From positions 2,937,427 through 3,001,426 of the forward strand of contig JAHRHZ010000100.1 in NCBI GenBank assembly GCA_024137785.1: a stretch of DNA of 64,000 bases, in the 5' to 3' direction. Positions 24,118-37,311 of the stretch are shown here, piece after piece. Under the pieces are notes generated by a model that was given only the letters and a program-made list of their open reading frames with translations, made no database searches and was not told where the DNA came from. Numbering within the stretch: the stretch's first letter is position 1; every line of letters starts with the position of its first letter. The DNA is from Ginglymostoma cirratum. Lineage: Eukaryota. Both the position numbers and the translations under genes were made by a program.

Positions 24118-26240
24118 TGCCTCTGGTGAAGTGTTGGTGTTCTGTCCCACTTGTTATTTATATGCCTTACTTTGTTGGGGTGTTTGCATCACTTCCGGTT
24201 CTGTTTTTCAGTGGTTTGTATATCGGGTCTAGTTCAATGTGTTTGTTATTGGAGTTCCGGTTGGAATGCCAGGCCTCCAGGAATTCCCTGGCATACCTCT
24301 GTTTGGTTTGTATGATGATGGATGTGTTGTCCCAGTTGTATTTGTGTCCTTCTCTGTCTGTGTATAGTGAGACCAGTGAGAATTGGTCATGTTTCTTGGT
24401 AGCTAGTTGGTTTTCATGTATCCTTATTGTCAGTTTTCTTCAAGTTTGGCCTATGTAATGTTTCTCACAGTCCTTGCATGGTATTTTGTATATTACATTA
24501 GTTTTTTGGTTTTGGGTATGGGATTCTTTACGTTCATCAGTAGCTGTCGCAGAGTGGTTGTTGGTTTGTGTGCTACCCTGATACCTAGGGGTCTGAGTAG
24601 TCTTGCGGTCACCTCTGAAATGTCCTTGATGTATGGTAGGGAGACTAGTGTGTCTGGCTGTGTTGTGTCTTCCTGTTGTTGTCTATCATGGAAGTAACAG
24701 CTGATTGTGTTTTTGGGTATCCATTCCTTTTAAAAACTCCGTATAAGTGCTCCTGTTCTGCTTTGCGCAATTCCGGGTTGCTGCAGTGTGTTGTGGCCCA
24801 TTTGAATAATGTCCTGATGCAGCTCCGTTTATGGGTGTTTGAATGGTTACTGGTGTAATTAAATATCTGGTCCAAATATGTGGTCTTTCTATGTACGCGA
24901 GACTGGACTACCTCGTTGTTCTTACATTCTACCATAATGTCTAGGAAGGGTAGTTGGTTATTGTTCTTTTCTTCTTTTGTGAATTTTATTCTGGTGAGGA
25001 TGTTGTTTATGTGTCGGTGCGTTTCTTCCAGTCTTGTGCCTTTGATAATCACGAAGTTATCACCCACATAGTGGACCCAGAGACTGGTTAATCTAGTAGG
25101 GAACGCTGTACTTTCTAACCTTTGCATTACCGCTACTGCAATCAGTCCTGATATCGGGGATCCCATTGGCGTTCCGTTGATTTATTTGAATACACGATCA
25201 TTGAAGGTGAAGTGGGTTGTGAGGCACAGATCCAGCAGTTTCAGGGTGATGTCCATGTTGATGCAGTCGGTGTCGTGGGGTGCCTGCCTTCCTGATTCAT
25301 CCAGCAGTGTGGCAATTGTTTCTTTGGCTGCATCAATATTTATGGATGTAAATAGTGCTGTTACATCGGAGAATAACATTATCTCATCCTCTTCTATTCT
25401 GGTGTCCTAGATGATGTTGAGGAAATCTTGAGAGGAGTGGATGGAGAGGGCCGTGTTGTCAACTAAGTATTTCAGTTTCCTTTGTAGTTCTTTGGCTAGT
25501 CTCTATGTTGATGTACCTGGTAGAGGGACAATGGGTCTGAGGGGGAGCCCTGCCTTATGTACCTCAGAGAGTCTGTAGAAGTGGGGTGTGTTGGATCTGT
25601 CTAGCCTCATGTTTTGGTGGTCTGCCTTGCTGATATCTCCTGAGTTGTGTAAATTCTTCAGGGTTGTTGTAATCCGGTTCTCTAACTGTGGTATTGGGTC
25701 TATTACCATCTGTCAGTAGGTGTTGGTATCTGGAGGTAGTGCATTAGCTTTCTCAACGTATTGGGCTCTATTAAGGATTACTGTCATGCCTCCTTTGTCC
25801 ACTGGTAAGAACACTATGTTTCTGTCTTTCTTGAGCCTTTCCAGGGCTTTCTTCTCTTCTGAGTTGAATGTATTCCATTTACTTCTTCGGTTCAGTGTTG
25901 GGGCTATTGTCTGTCTAATAGTCTGTTGTACTTCTTCCATGAGTCTGTCATTCTTTAGTGTCAATTCTAGCACAGCCACAAGGTCAGTGTTTTTGGCATC
26001 TCTGCAGTTATAATTCAGTCCACATACTAGGACGATCTTCTCAGTGTCTGTAAGTTGTCAGTCTGAGATGTTCTTAATACATGTTTCTGTTTTGTCTGTG
26101 TCATTGTGGGTGAATTTGGATAGTTTTTTCTTGTAGGGCTATTCTTTTCTTTATTCTGGTCTTTTGTTGTTGTATAGTGATGGCTTGTTCCAGTGCGCTT
26201 GTCCATTCTTTGTTGATTGGTTGGTTGCGAGTTCTCTGAC
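24118..26240 (-). mobile_element. Near-full-length Penelope/Poseidon-type retroelement, disrupted RT plus GIY-YIG ORF
   Basis: Successive frames give LPVDKGGMTVILN, FYRLSEVHKAGLPLRPIV, SDVTALFTSI, MGSPISGLIA...WVHYVGDNF (YVDD box), LPFLDI, and NVIYKIPCKDCEKHYIGQT (~24445-24503). Confidence 0.92.
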
Positions 26241-27249
26241 CACTTTGGTTACTCATCCCTCAACAGCTCAAAATAAAACAAATTAGCCATCTACACATCA
26301 AACATAAAGAAATAGCGCTAAATTATTATGTAAAGACCTAAATTCATGAAAGGAGCTACAAAATCCAAATTCTTCATCCACCTCTATACTGGGGCAATTT
26401 ATAGAATTATCTGCATAGTTTATAAGGAAAATGGCTTTTGATAAATGCTACGGTTAATTTTACAAATTGCTATTTGGATTGCCATCTGGATAATATCATA
26501 AATAATCATATGGATATTGTGCATTATCTTCTAATTGTTTTCATCTCTTTTCTCATGGATTGTCTGTAAGGCATTCTATTTCCCAGGCTAGAAGATGGGG
26601 AAGACCTCAGTCTTTATGGTACCATTGCCTTCCACGTATTACAAGGAGCTCATGTGATAACAGCTGCCAAAATAGATAGGCTTAGCTTTCCTCCCTTACT
26701 TAGATGTAGTCCTTTCTCTCTCCAGAGCTCCCATAACAAGATGTTCAATCTGGACATAGACTCTTACGGAATTGCAATGCCCTTTTTCATCCTTGATGCC
26801 TCTCAAGCTTTATACACTGAATGTTTGAAAGATATGAGAATATGCATTGTGAAGTCAAATGAAAGCAACAATGCACATTGAGTGTCAGGGTGTCAGTTCT
26901 AATCTGAATAATTCAGTTCACGTACATCATTTTGACTATATAACTGTCCAATGTAATATCACTCTCACTGGCTACTGCCTTAGGCTATATTCAACAATTT
27001 ACAACGTTTGCATCATGTTCAATTCTGAGCTGAACTCTAACATCATGACATATATCTATCATCAGGACAGCTGACTGCAATATCCCATTTATATCTCTCT
27101 TACAGATGCCTTTGTTACTTTGAGACTCAACAACTCCATAGGTCAGTGTTTTGGCTTCTTAACCTTCAACCTCCCTAACTCCTTACAATGCTCTGTTGAA
27201 TATATCATGTATAATTTGCCCATTATAGCATTTTTAGTGGTCAATCAAG

Positions 27250-27465
27250 TCAAGTTGCCATAGTCTTAGCAAAACATAGGGCTGCTCTCTCATTAGATTT
27301 CTGGTGGCGATTTAATCTGTGGGTCACCATACGTCAAGCAAGGTGGGAAGAGGTTGAGAAGGAGAGTCTTTCATGATAACCTCAGCTAGTGTGGGGTTTG
27401 AACCAACGCTGTCAACATCACACTGCTTTACAAACCTACCATCCAGCCAATTGAGCTAAACCAAT
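27250..27465 (-). mobile_element. tRNA-derived SINE
   Basis: Minus-strand A box GGTTTAGCTCAATTGG, B box GGTTCAAACCC, and tail gactatggcaac. Confidence 0.75.
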
Positions 27466-28557
27466 GCCCAATCTTCACTGGCACAAGGCCACTGGTTCAC
27501 CACTCCCACTGTGTCAATTGAAAAACTTCTATCCTTATTCATAGATCCTTTGTGACATTGCCTTTGCCGATCTTAAGCAATGTTCATAAGCACTATATTA
27601 ATTTCTGAATACTCTTAATGTGACTGCGGCCTTCTGTGTATCCCTTCTCCTTCACCAAAACTGCACCTTCAACTGAAATGGTTCATCTCTTTGGAATTCT
27701 TTTCCTAAACATCACTGCAGCACTCTCTCAACCTTGAACAACCTCATCAGAAATGATCTCTTTGGCCAGCTTCAGGTCAACACACCTACTTTTTTTTTCC
27801 CTGACTCAGAAATGATTTTGCTGATATGCAGAACGACCTGTGATTTGGATTTAAATTAAGGAACGACATAAATGCAAATCATTGTTATTGGTGAGGTATA
27901 AAACTGAGTAAAGCAGTTTTCATTGTTATCATTCTCTCACAATTGTCAAGGTTACTGGATTAACCAAGCATAATCTGAGTATTTCACCTCACATCTCTTT
28001 TTGTGTAATGTTGCATACTCAACAGAAGTCCTTTTTCTATTTACCCTGATTCATAAAGTATATGCGCTCTGATTTTTTTTTAATTTTATGGCACTGATAT
28101 GAGGTAAGACTCCAAGAGACGAATAATATGAAGAAACATGGGAAGAACCCAGTTTCATTGTCAGATAATGTTCTTGAGGGTATGTTACAAGTGACAATAG
28201 GCTACAGTGGAGTTTCTGATCACTCTCCAGCTGTAGAATGCAGACGCATGAAGACTGAATGAAGGAATCATTGACTGCAAATGCCCCCTTTTTTGACACA
28301 CAAGTCTGGACTTTTTGCCACTTATTTTAAAACAGTGAAAAGTGGAAAATAGGTGTTAGTTCAGGTTCAGATATGATTTGAAATATTATTATATACTAGA
28401 TTTTTGAAAACGCAATGACACGGTTCTCAAGGTGATACATTACCTAAAAGGTTCGGACATGAAAGATGGTCATATTGATGGGTTTGAGGGAATTTTACTG
28501 TTCACAGGAAGTGTTAAAGTGGTCATGGGTTCACTAATGCGGGATTCATTTCATTGT

Positions 28558-28711
28558 AAAAGTTGAAAGAACTGCGGATGCTGTAAATCAGGAACAAAAA
28601 CAAAGTTGCTGGAGAAGCACAGCAGGTCTGGCAGCATCTGTGAAGGCAAAAAACAGAGTTAACGTTTCGGGTCTGGTGAGGAAGGGTCACCAGACCCAAA
28701 ATGTTAACTCC
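28558..28711. mobile_element. Fold-back Neptune-type PLE terminus
   Basis: A minus-strand tail is joined to an inverted HHR piece. The perfect 14-bp TSD attcatttcattgt lies at 28544-28557 and 28712-28725. Confidence 0.9.
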
Positions 28712-29707
28712 ATTCATTTCATTGTGCCATGTTGAACAGTGGTTGTACGTCAGCAGTAGGTAGAACGTATGGAAATGTTATTTGGAGTGATAAATGTTAA
28801 AGTGAGGTCAGGAAGTATGAAATTTATACTTTCAGTCTCAGGGATGACAACCATAATGGTCAATGAAAAAAGTGGCATTCAATGCCGAATAACTGGAATA
28901 AGCCTCTTTATTCATACAAATGTGATATCGAGAGTGACATCCTTGTTGCTTAGCAAACTTTCCATGAAAAAGGCACAAATGAATTTCAGCACGTAACATG
29001 GTGAAAAACAACGTCTTTGGAAAGTCAGTAGGTTTTCAATTTACACAGTCAGGACATTGTTGCATATTCCTTTTACAATACCAAGTACTTGTAGTCAGAA
29101 CTTTAAAGTAGTGCTGATAGCATTTGCTAGTACGAGTTGGAGAGGGTAACAAAACAAATATTCATAATGTTCCATCAACAATTTTCTCATCCCATTTTTA
29201 ATGGACTAAAAATACTACTGGTGGATGGAAGTTGATGATGAGTATACAAAGTTTGCTGGAGAGATTGTGAAAAATATGACATATGCAAAAGGCATTGCTC
29301 GACAATCTCATGGCATGTACTTAAGTCTCTGATTACCATGGCACTTTTTAATAAAGTCACAGCTATAGATTTTAATGTGTTCAGACAGGACAACAACATT
29401 TTCACCTTGAGCTTTATCAACTTCGCAAAAGGTTTCAGGGCAGAATCTTGTCACGTTTTGACTAAAGGCAATTTTGTCAATGATTTTCATGAGGCCCAGT
29501 GAGGTTTCTTGCCACATTGTCCCCAACTCGTGTCATTACTTAAGTGCCCCACTGTTACCGTGACTGACTTGATTGATGCCCACTTGACTCTACCACTCAT
29601 CATACCCAGAAGGTAGCCAGTGCCATCTTTACATGACCCTTTTGCACAAGGACTACCACTGTCCATCCGGATCTGCCATTCACAGTGACTGACCTTTGAC
29701 CCGGTCA

Positions 29708-30290
29708 TGACAGAGAAGGGCAAATTGGAGTCTTACTTTGTAGACGGACGTTTGGAGTTCTTTGTGGATGGGGTGATGCAGAGGAGAGACATCCTCTGCC
29801 CTCAGGACCATGGATGAAGGCCATGACTCCAGAACCTACTAGGCAGGTCCAAAATTACCACCATGGTCAATTTGGTTTCAGCTCTATGGAAAAATGTCCA
29901 GCAGTGTTAGAAAAAGAAACGTCTGTAACCTTGTCCATTATGCCACAACAAAAACCATTATTTTCTGCCTGGTACCTCACACTCACTCTATCCCTGCACT
30001 GCACAAACATCTCACTAAAGCTCATGTTCTTTCACCCACACTATTGTATGCAAGATCTTCCCCCAGTCACTCTCACTCAAACTAATACCCAACACCACAA
30101 ACCCTGCATGCTTCTGTGCTACCTATCCATTCATTGAGTACAACACATTATGTTTTCCTCATCTGCACTATTACTGACCACTGTAACACCCACTTTCACT
30201 CACTGAGTCTTTCCCTTTATCTCAATTCGGAGAAAACTGCCCGCAATAAGGTAGAAAAAGCCAAAATGGTTGGCTCCTCACTCATTGCCC
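29708..30290 (+). pseudogene. Harbinger-associated Myb/SANT-like (NAIF1-like) gene relic, two pieces
   Basis: MTEKGKLESYFVDGRLEFFVDGVMQRRDILCPQD (from 29708, in-frame stops follow) and EKTARNKVEKAKMVG (~30230-30275), separated by C/A-rich intron-like sequence. Confidence 0.55.
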
Positions 30291-31112
30291 CAGAGGATCC
30301 TGGCCCTGATCACCACATGTGGCTGACCCTGGACTGGTATCAGAGAATGCCCTTGACTTAGTGTACCAGGACCCTCTGCCTGAAGGGTGTCTTCATTTGA
30401 AGTGACTGAGAACTACTGATATGACTGATTTCTCAGCATAGTTCAGGCTCCAATAACATTCTGGCCTCAACCTTTCTACAATAATCCACATAAAAGTCAA
30501 AGATATAGTGATAGTAGATAAGTTCTGGTGAAAATAGATGGAGACCAGATCAGAATAACTGGCTAAACTCAGAACGGATGATGAGGTGAGGAGTTTTCCA
30601 ATGATGAGTTTGGAGACGTGTGTGATAATATCAGCATCACTGTTATGAATCTCACAAACTGAAAGTTCTTTCCGTGATGGACACATTGAAAGAAGTCATA
30701 TAGTGAAAGTGATCAATGCAATGCTCCTTAAGATCATAGCCAAACCAAACTGCAGACTCGCATCAGCCCCAGTGTGGGCAGTTCATGTAAAGGTTAACTT
30801 AAATTTGTAGGTGGCTATCGTATATATTACTTGGTTCATGACATGCATTTCCTTTCCATATTCTGTGACAATCCCCTGCTACAATCAAGTCCACTTCTTA
30901 TGCCTTCTTGGATACCCTGCATAGAGGGAGATAGGCATTCATCAAGGTAAAAGAGACAATTTTGAGGGCCTTTTGTCTCCACATATAACAATCAGTGATT
31001 AACTTTAACCCTGGGGATTTAGTATACTACAAGTCAGAAAGAGTGGACAAGTCCAGGTGAAGTGATAGGTTGCAAGAGGCTGACAATGACTTACCAATAA
31101 GATAGTCAAACT

Positions 31113-31238
31113 ATTTCAGAGATAATAGGTACTGCAGATGCTGGAGAATCCGAGACAACAAGGTGTGGAGCTGGATGAACACAGCAGGCCAAGCAGCATC
31201 ATAGGAGCAGGAAAGCTTGACGTTTCGGGCCTAGACCG
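31113..31238 (-). mobile_element. PLE terminus (second subfamily), truncated inside the HHR
   Basis: Near-identical to 4004-4130; the minus strand reads ggtctaggcccGAAACGTC. Confidence 0.85.
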
Positions 31239-34200
31239 TCCATTTATCTCCATTGATCAGATGTTTTTTGAGTTTTCAGAATCTGAACCATAATAGAGTG
31301 TGCTGAGACAGCCTATACCCTTCATACTCTCATGTTTGACAGGTATAAGGCACAGAATATGGTAGATAGAGGGCCAGATGATTATTGACGAAGTAATTGT
31401 GATGTATAGGATGGGATTATTGTACTGACAAAAACTGATCGAAGGTAACATTCAAAAACAGAAGGATCCCACGAATGGAGGGATACAACCAAATATAGGC
31501 AGAGCTAGGAAAGCCACTGGCAATTTCACACGGTGGCAAAATGTCCAACATCATGGATGAGACATCAGATCTGTGAATTGGGGAAACGAGGTGATACAGT
31601 GGAAAGCAAGTGAACAGTATGGGTTTCCATAGTTGATCCAGAAGTGATCCTGGCTGAAAATAAATGAAACTGAGGGAAATGCCAACATGAGTTTCCAGCC
31701 CTAGGTGACCTGAAAGACATGACATTAGTCCTTTTCAGCAATGCTTCCCATGCCAATCTTGCAGATGCACATAAGCGTACTGGAGGATAGTTATGTTTAT
31801 TATAATCGAAGTGGGTAAAAATAGATAATGTCTCTTGGCCTGAAAAGGTCAGGGGAGTTAAAAGTACTCCAGCAGAAATACTGGCTGTAATTGTTATGAT
31901 AGCAATAGGACGTTACTTGCCCAACATTTTTGAAGGAAATTCTTACATTTTAAGAAAGGTTTTCCCATTCAGAACTAAACAATGAGCCATTCTCTCTGGG
32001 GAAAAATGCTCAGCTAAGAAAAGGAGAAATTAGACTTCCAAAATAAATGATCAATGTCAACACTTACCAATACTATTTAATGTAATATCCATAATGTTGT
32101 ACTATCCACTCTCCATGAATGACTCGGACTGATCTCTGTTTTTTTTAAAACTTTTATCTTATTTAGTCACACTTTTTATTTATAAGTGTGTGTGTGTTGC
32201 ATCATTATTTCTTCTTGTGTTTACTTGTCAGTAATCTCATGCTTTGGTTGAATCAAGAACGCCTGGTTAAATTGGCTCCTTTTAAAACCAAAGTTCCTCT
32301 TGTCAGGGAGAAATGTATTCACAATGGAAGGGATTCTTTTAAAATGAACCTTGTTGTGACCAACTGAGGGGAGCAGGTGAATAAAAATGTTTTAACAATT
32401 TAGTATATCCTAAATGGAACTATAATGATTTGAGGAACTTCATCCAGCGACCAGTTGCAGCACTTTGTTGAAGTTGTACAAAGAAACATTGCATACTGAT
32501 GAGGTCAGATTATGGATGCAGATGTTGAGCTAGGCTACTGTGCCTACATGTAGAGCTCAGACTGGTACATGTTCACTTGGCAGAATGCAGTCGTTTACAA
32601 AGGAGAGCAGAGAAAGCTTGATCTCGAAGATTACTCAGATTTGGGTTTTCACAAGCAGCAGATCAGGGTAACGATGGATTGTTCAACCAGTTAGGAGCAT
32701 GCTGAGGATTCCTTTATGCTCATTCAATTATGCATGACCAATAAGTTATTAGCCAGCATTTCCTTCCAGATCAGCGTTTCGGCAATAATTCCTGTGCTGT
32801 TGATGTGTTCTTCAGAAAACTACCTTGAACTCTTGTGACATCATGAGGATGATGGAGGCAAGCCTTTGACAATCTTAAAATTGGATAGATTTGCAAATTA
32901 GGGATGGGCAAGCAATACTGGCTTATCCAGCAACACCTAAAATTGTGAATGTGTTTAAAAAAATGCTATCTGGATGAGCTTTTAGTTTCATGGGAAGCAC
33001 CAGGCCAAAACATTTTTAGGAATATAACTGGGCCTTCTAACCTGCCCACTCTGGATTCTGCTCAAAATAATTTCAGCCTCATGTCTGAACCCTCCGAAGA
33101 TCCTACTTGTTGGGTATCTTGTGACAGAGGTGGAATAGTGTTTCCCATTCCTGTCTCCGATATGAAAATCTGGCTCCCAATGCCACTATACATGGCTCCT
33201 TGTCTATCTGCCATATTGTGCCCAAGCCCTGATTCTTTATGAAATATTACAATGAAGTTTTCCCTGTCTTTGGTTTTTTTGATGGGCAATTCCAGGCAGT
33301 GACGGGATCTGACCCTTGACCTTTGCATGCAATATCTAAATCTGCTGGGTCAATTGCTTGTGCTAGACTGTCAAGGATGAGAGTGAATTTCTGTCAATCT
33401 GTGAAGAGGAAGAAATTGTTGGCAGTGATTCAACCATATCAGCATGAACAGGGGGAATCAAAAATTGACAGAAGTGCAAAACAGTTTGAAGAATAGGGCA
33501 TAACTTCTGGTGTGCATTGTGAACTACTGAGCAAAAATGTTTAAAAATTAACTGCTACTGAATTGTCAGCACATATTTTAAACTTTTATGTTGTGCTGCT
33601 GCTCCTGTTCATCTAACTGTACAAAAGAATAGCTTTAAATTGCAACATGCTATTGCTCATAGTCACAAAAATGCAATCATAAATAAATTACAGTGCTGCC
33701 AATTCAAAGTAGGCTATAAGTTAAAGCACATGCAATGTTCAAAGCATACTATTGACACATTTAATTATTTCAAGATACAAAACTACTAACTGTTCCACTG
33801 AGACAGCAGGTGAGCAATGTCTTTGCCGCGGAACTTGCAAAACAAGTATTGCCACAGGAATGCCTTAAAACCTGATGGTGCCAGGAAGTGTGCCACAATG
33901 GATTCCAGACATTCTCTTTAGCAAAACATAATGCCAGTACAATGTCAGTATTTATACTACTGTTATGCTGATTGTGCAGCAAAGCAGCACAGATTTCCTC
34001 TTGAACTCAGAAATGTTGAGCCAGTATTCCTAGGAAGGGCACTCACTGTTATGTATCTGGTAGCTGACAGCAGATTGAGATATTTGCATCATACATGAGT
34101 ATGGTGCATTGTTGCAAGAGTCTGCCCATTCAACTGATCTTAGTGAACTTCCAACCCCTCCTCCCACCCCAACGTACAGACAGATATGCAAAATTTTCAT

Positions 34201-34924
34201 CTTTTTCTCTTGAAGGCATTTACATCCTGCATGTGAAATTTTTGTGGCAAAAACAATACATTAAGAATCAGTAAGAAACATTCAGAATCAGAACTATACA
34301 CGTTGTTAAATCATGCTAATCTTTTACTCTGCTTCAAGACTCATTTTACTGATTTATAAACGTAGAGTATCCTTAAGAGGACAAAATGCACAACTGGATT
34401 GTCAGTAAGCTTGCACAGTCCTCGGTGCAGGAATATCCAAAATCTCCAAAATGCTCATTTTTCACATTGAATCCTCAACAGTAAGCATTGGACAACATAG
34501 TTCAACAAGCGATAAGACAACAAAGCTCAAAGGCTCTCATCTCAGAGAATGGGAATGATGTGGCTCAGTCCAACCTGGATTCAGATCAGCTGAGTCACCA
34601 GAGGCTGAGGGATAAAGTGTTAAACCTTACTGACCAGTTTGACTCAGTAACACTGCACAGTGATTTAATGATGGACATTTTGGGTGTGCATTTTTGTCTT
34701 CACTAGCTGTCCTGGGATTTGAGGATGATGTCTTCTCAGGGTTACAATATCTGCCATGAGTCTTTATGTGCTTAAACAGAGAGATTCTCAGTCCCATACA
34801 TATTTTGGCTCATGGAGGAAGCTGCCTCTTGAGGTATTGAGATTCAGAGTGCAAGATCTGCTTATGTTTTTGTTCACTCCTTCCAAACATCAATCTTGCA
34901 AATCTCTGCCAGAATGTATCCAAA

Positions 34925-35945
34925 GCATTTACATCCTCCCTTAAAGTAAGGATGTCAAAATTGAGTGCAATATTCAAAATGTGGTCTCACCAGGTTGTGT
35001 AAATGAAGCATTAACATTCTTAATTTTATTCCATTGATTTTGTTAGAAAGGATAGCATTCCATTAACCTTCAATAATTACTTGCTGTACAGGTGTCTTAA
35101 CTTCTTGTGACTCGTGCATTAGACCACCTAGATTCCTTGGAATTCTGCAGGCATTCTGTATTTAAATAAGAGGTAGTAGGAACTGCCGTTGCTGGATAAT
35201 CTGTGATAACAAGGTGTAGAGCTGGATGACCACAGCAAGCCAAGCAGCATCAGAGGAGCAGCAAAGCTGACATTTTGGGTCTGGACCCTTCTTCAGAAAT
35301 GGGGGAGGGGAAGGGGATTCTGAAATAAATAGAGAGAGGGGGGGTGGCGGATGGAAGAAGGATAAAGGAGCAGATAGGTGGAGAGGAGTCAGACAGGTCA
35401 AGGAGGCAGGGATGGACCCAGTAAAGGTGAGTGTAGGTGGGGAGTTAGGGTGGGGTCGGTCAGGTCAAGGAGGCGGGGATGAGGCTGGTAGGGAGGAGGT
35501 GGGGGTGGGTGTTGAGGTGGGAGGAGTAGATTGGTGGGAGAAAGGACGGACCAGTTAGGGAGGCGGGGACGAGCTGGGCTGGTTTTGGGATGCGGTCGGG
35601 GACGGGGAGATTTTGAAGTTTGTGAAGTCCACTTTCATACCATTGGGCTGCAGGGTTCCCAAGCGAAATATGAGGTACTGTTCCTGCAACCTTCTGTATT
35701 TAAATAAGATGTTTTTTATTCTTCTTGCCAAAGTGAAGAACTTCACATTTTCCCCCGCTTTACACATAAAATATCAGATTTTTACCCTTCACTTAGCTAT
35801 TTTTGTCTGCAACCTCTGTGAATTCTGTTCACAACATAATTACCAACTGTTTATGTGCTATCTGCAAATTTAGCGAAAATACACTCATTCCCATCATATA
35901 AGTCACAGATATATAGCCGCAACTTTTAAGACCCTAGGCTGAAGT
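34925..35945 (-). mobile_element. Degenerate CR1 fragment split by a Neptune insertion
   Basis: aaattgagtgcaatattcaaaatgtggtctcaccag (LVRPHFEYCTQF on minus) lies on the left, and cttcacattt and atctgcaaattt (KFAD) on the right. Confidence 0.65.
35172..35691 (-). mobile_element. Neptune-type PLE 3' fragment
   Basis: Encodes RLQEQYLIFRLGTLQPNGMKVDFTNF, followed by a C-rich 3' UTR and an HHR remnant at ~35265-35300. An 18-bp direct repeat ttctgtatttaaataaga lies at 35154-35171 and 35692-35709. Confidence 0.9.
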
Positions 35946-36355
35946 TCATGAAGTCCAGAGGATTGTCAGACTGCAGCTTAATCCATTTCCTCAGATAAGC
36001 TTCCATTGTAATCATAATTTTACTAATTTCCTTTGCCCTCCCACCTCTTTATTTACAGTTATTACTGGAATCTTTTGTATCCTCTGGAGTGAAGACAGAA
36101 TCAGCATATTCATTAATTTAATCTGCTGTTTCCTTATTATCTACTATTAATTTTTCCTTCTTATTCTCTAGATGACTAACAGTCACTTCCTTACATTTTT
36201 TAAAGGTCCTGAAGAAACTCTTGCCATTCATTTTTACATTTCCAGCTAGCTTCCTCTCATTTTCTTATTTACTTCTTCTGAGTGACTTCTTAACATGCAT
36301 GAACAATAATTGTTTGCTCCTTAACCCTGCCACACTTCTGTCTGTCCTTTCACAT

Positions 36356-37311
36356 AGTGACAGTGCCGCAGCTTTGAGAGGTTATTTTGTTCTGATTTCT
36401 TTTCAGAGAGAGATTGAAAGAGAGGTATGAACTAGCTATTAAAGTTCACTTGAGTAAACAGCTTGGGAGGCCTTGGGTTTTGCTTTGATGCAACCTGAAT
36501 AGGTATGAGCTGGTCTCACAGATCAGGATTTCTGAGTAGCATCAGAAGTTATTGGACGGCATGGTGGCTCAGTGGTTAGCACTGCTGCCTCACAGCGCCG
36601 CCCTAGTTCGGTTTCAGCCTCAGGCGACTGTCTGTGTGGCATTTGCACATTCTCCCTCTGTCTGAGTGGGTTTCCTCCGGGTGCTCCAGTTTCTTCCCAC
36701 AGTCCAAAGGTGTGCAAATTAGGGGGATTGGCCATGCTAAATTGCCCGTAGTGCCCAGGGATGGTTAGGTTAGGTTAGGTGGGTTAGACATGGGGAATGC
36801 AGGGATAGGGGAATGGGTCTGGGTGGGATGCTCTTCAGAGGGGCGGTATGGGCTTGTTGGGCTGAACAGCCTGTTTCCACACTGCAGAGATTCTATGGTT
36901 CAACAGAGTTGGATGCTTCAGTGAACATCTCCTAGCTGTCATTTTGTCTTGGTGTTTTTCCCTCTTGGATTGGAGAACTGCATGTGAGAATCTATGTCTG
37001 AATTTTCCTTTTTTGCCAAGAGGTGTGTTTATGTGATGTATCTGTATTAGAACTGTTAATTAATAATAGTTACTGTACCTATTATTCTGTTAAATTTTCC
37101 AGTAGAGTTAAGTTATTCTAACTTCTACTTTCTTTTATTGTATTTTAACTACAGTGTCTAAGTAAATTGTGTTTTGCTTAATGTTGAGTAGTTTGACCAG
37201 TCATATTGCATCTGGAACAGGCATGGTACATTTCCTTTAAAATGAGAAAACATTAGAGTCTGGGGCTACCTTCTTAAAATATTTTGAGGGCGTCTAATCC
37301 AGTCCATAACA
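36356..37311 (+). mobile_element. Solo LTR carrying an inserted HE1 SINE
   Basis: Ends ccataaca with flanks acat/acgt; homologous to 10454-11079. Confidence 0.75.
36555..36899 (+). mobile_element. HE1-type V-SINE
   Basis: ggtggctcagtggttagcactgctgcctcacagcgcc head, V-domain, and tail gattctatg. Confidence 0.9.

Noticed and set aside
35300-35610. G-rich tract with G-quadruplex potential
   Set aside because: It is the complement of the ordinary pyrimidine-rich Neptune 3' UTR, also seen at ~3615-3640.
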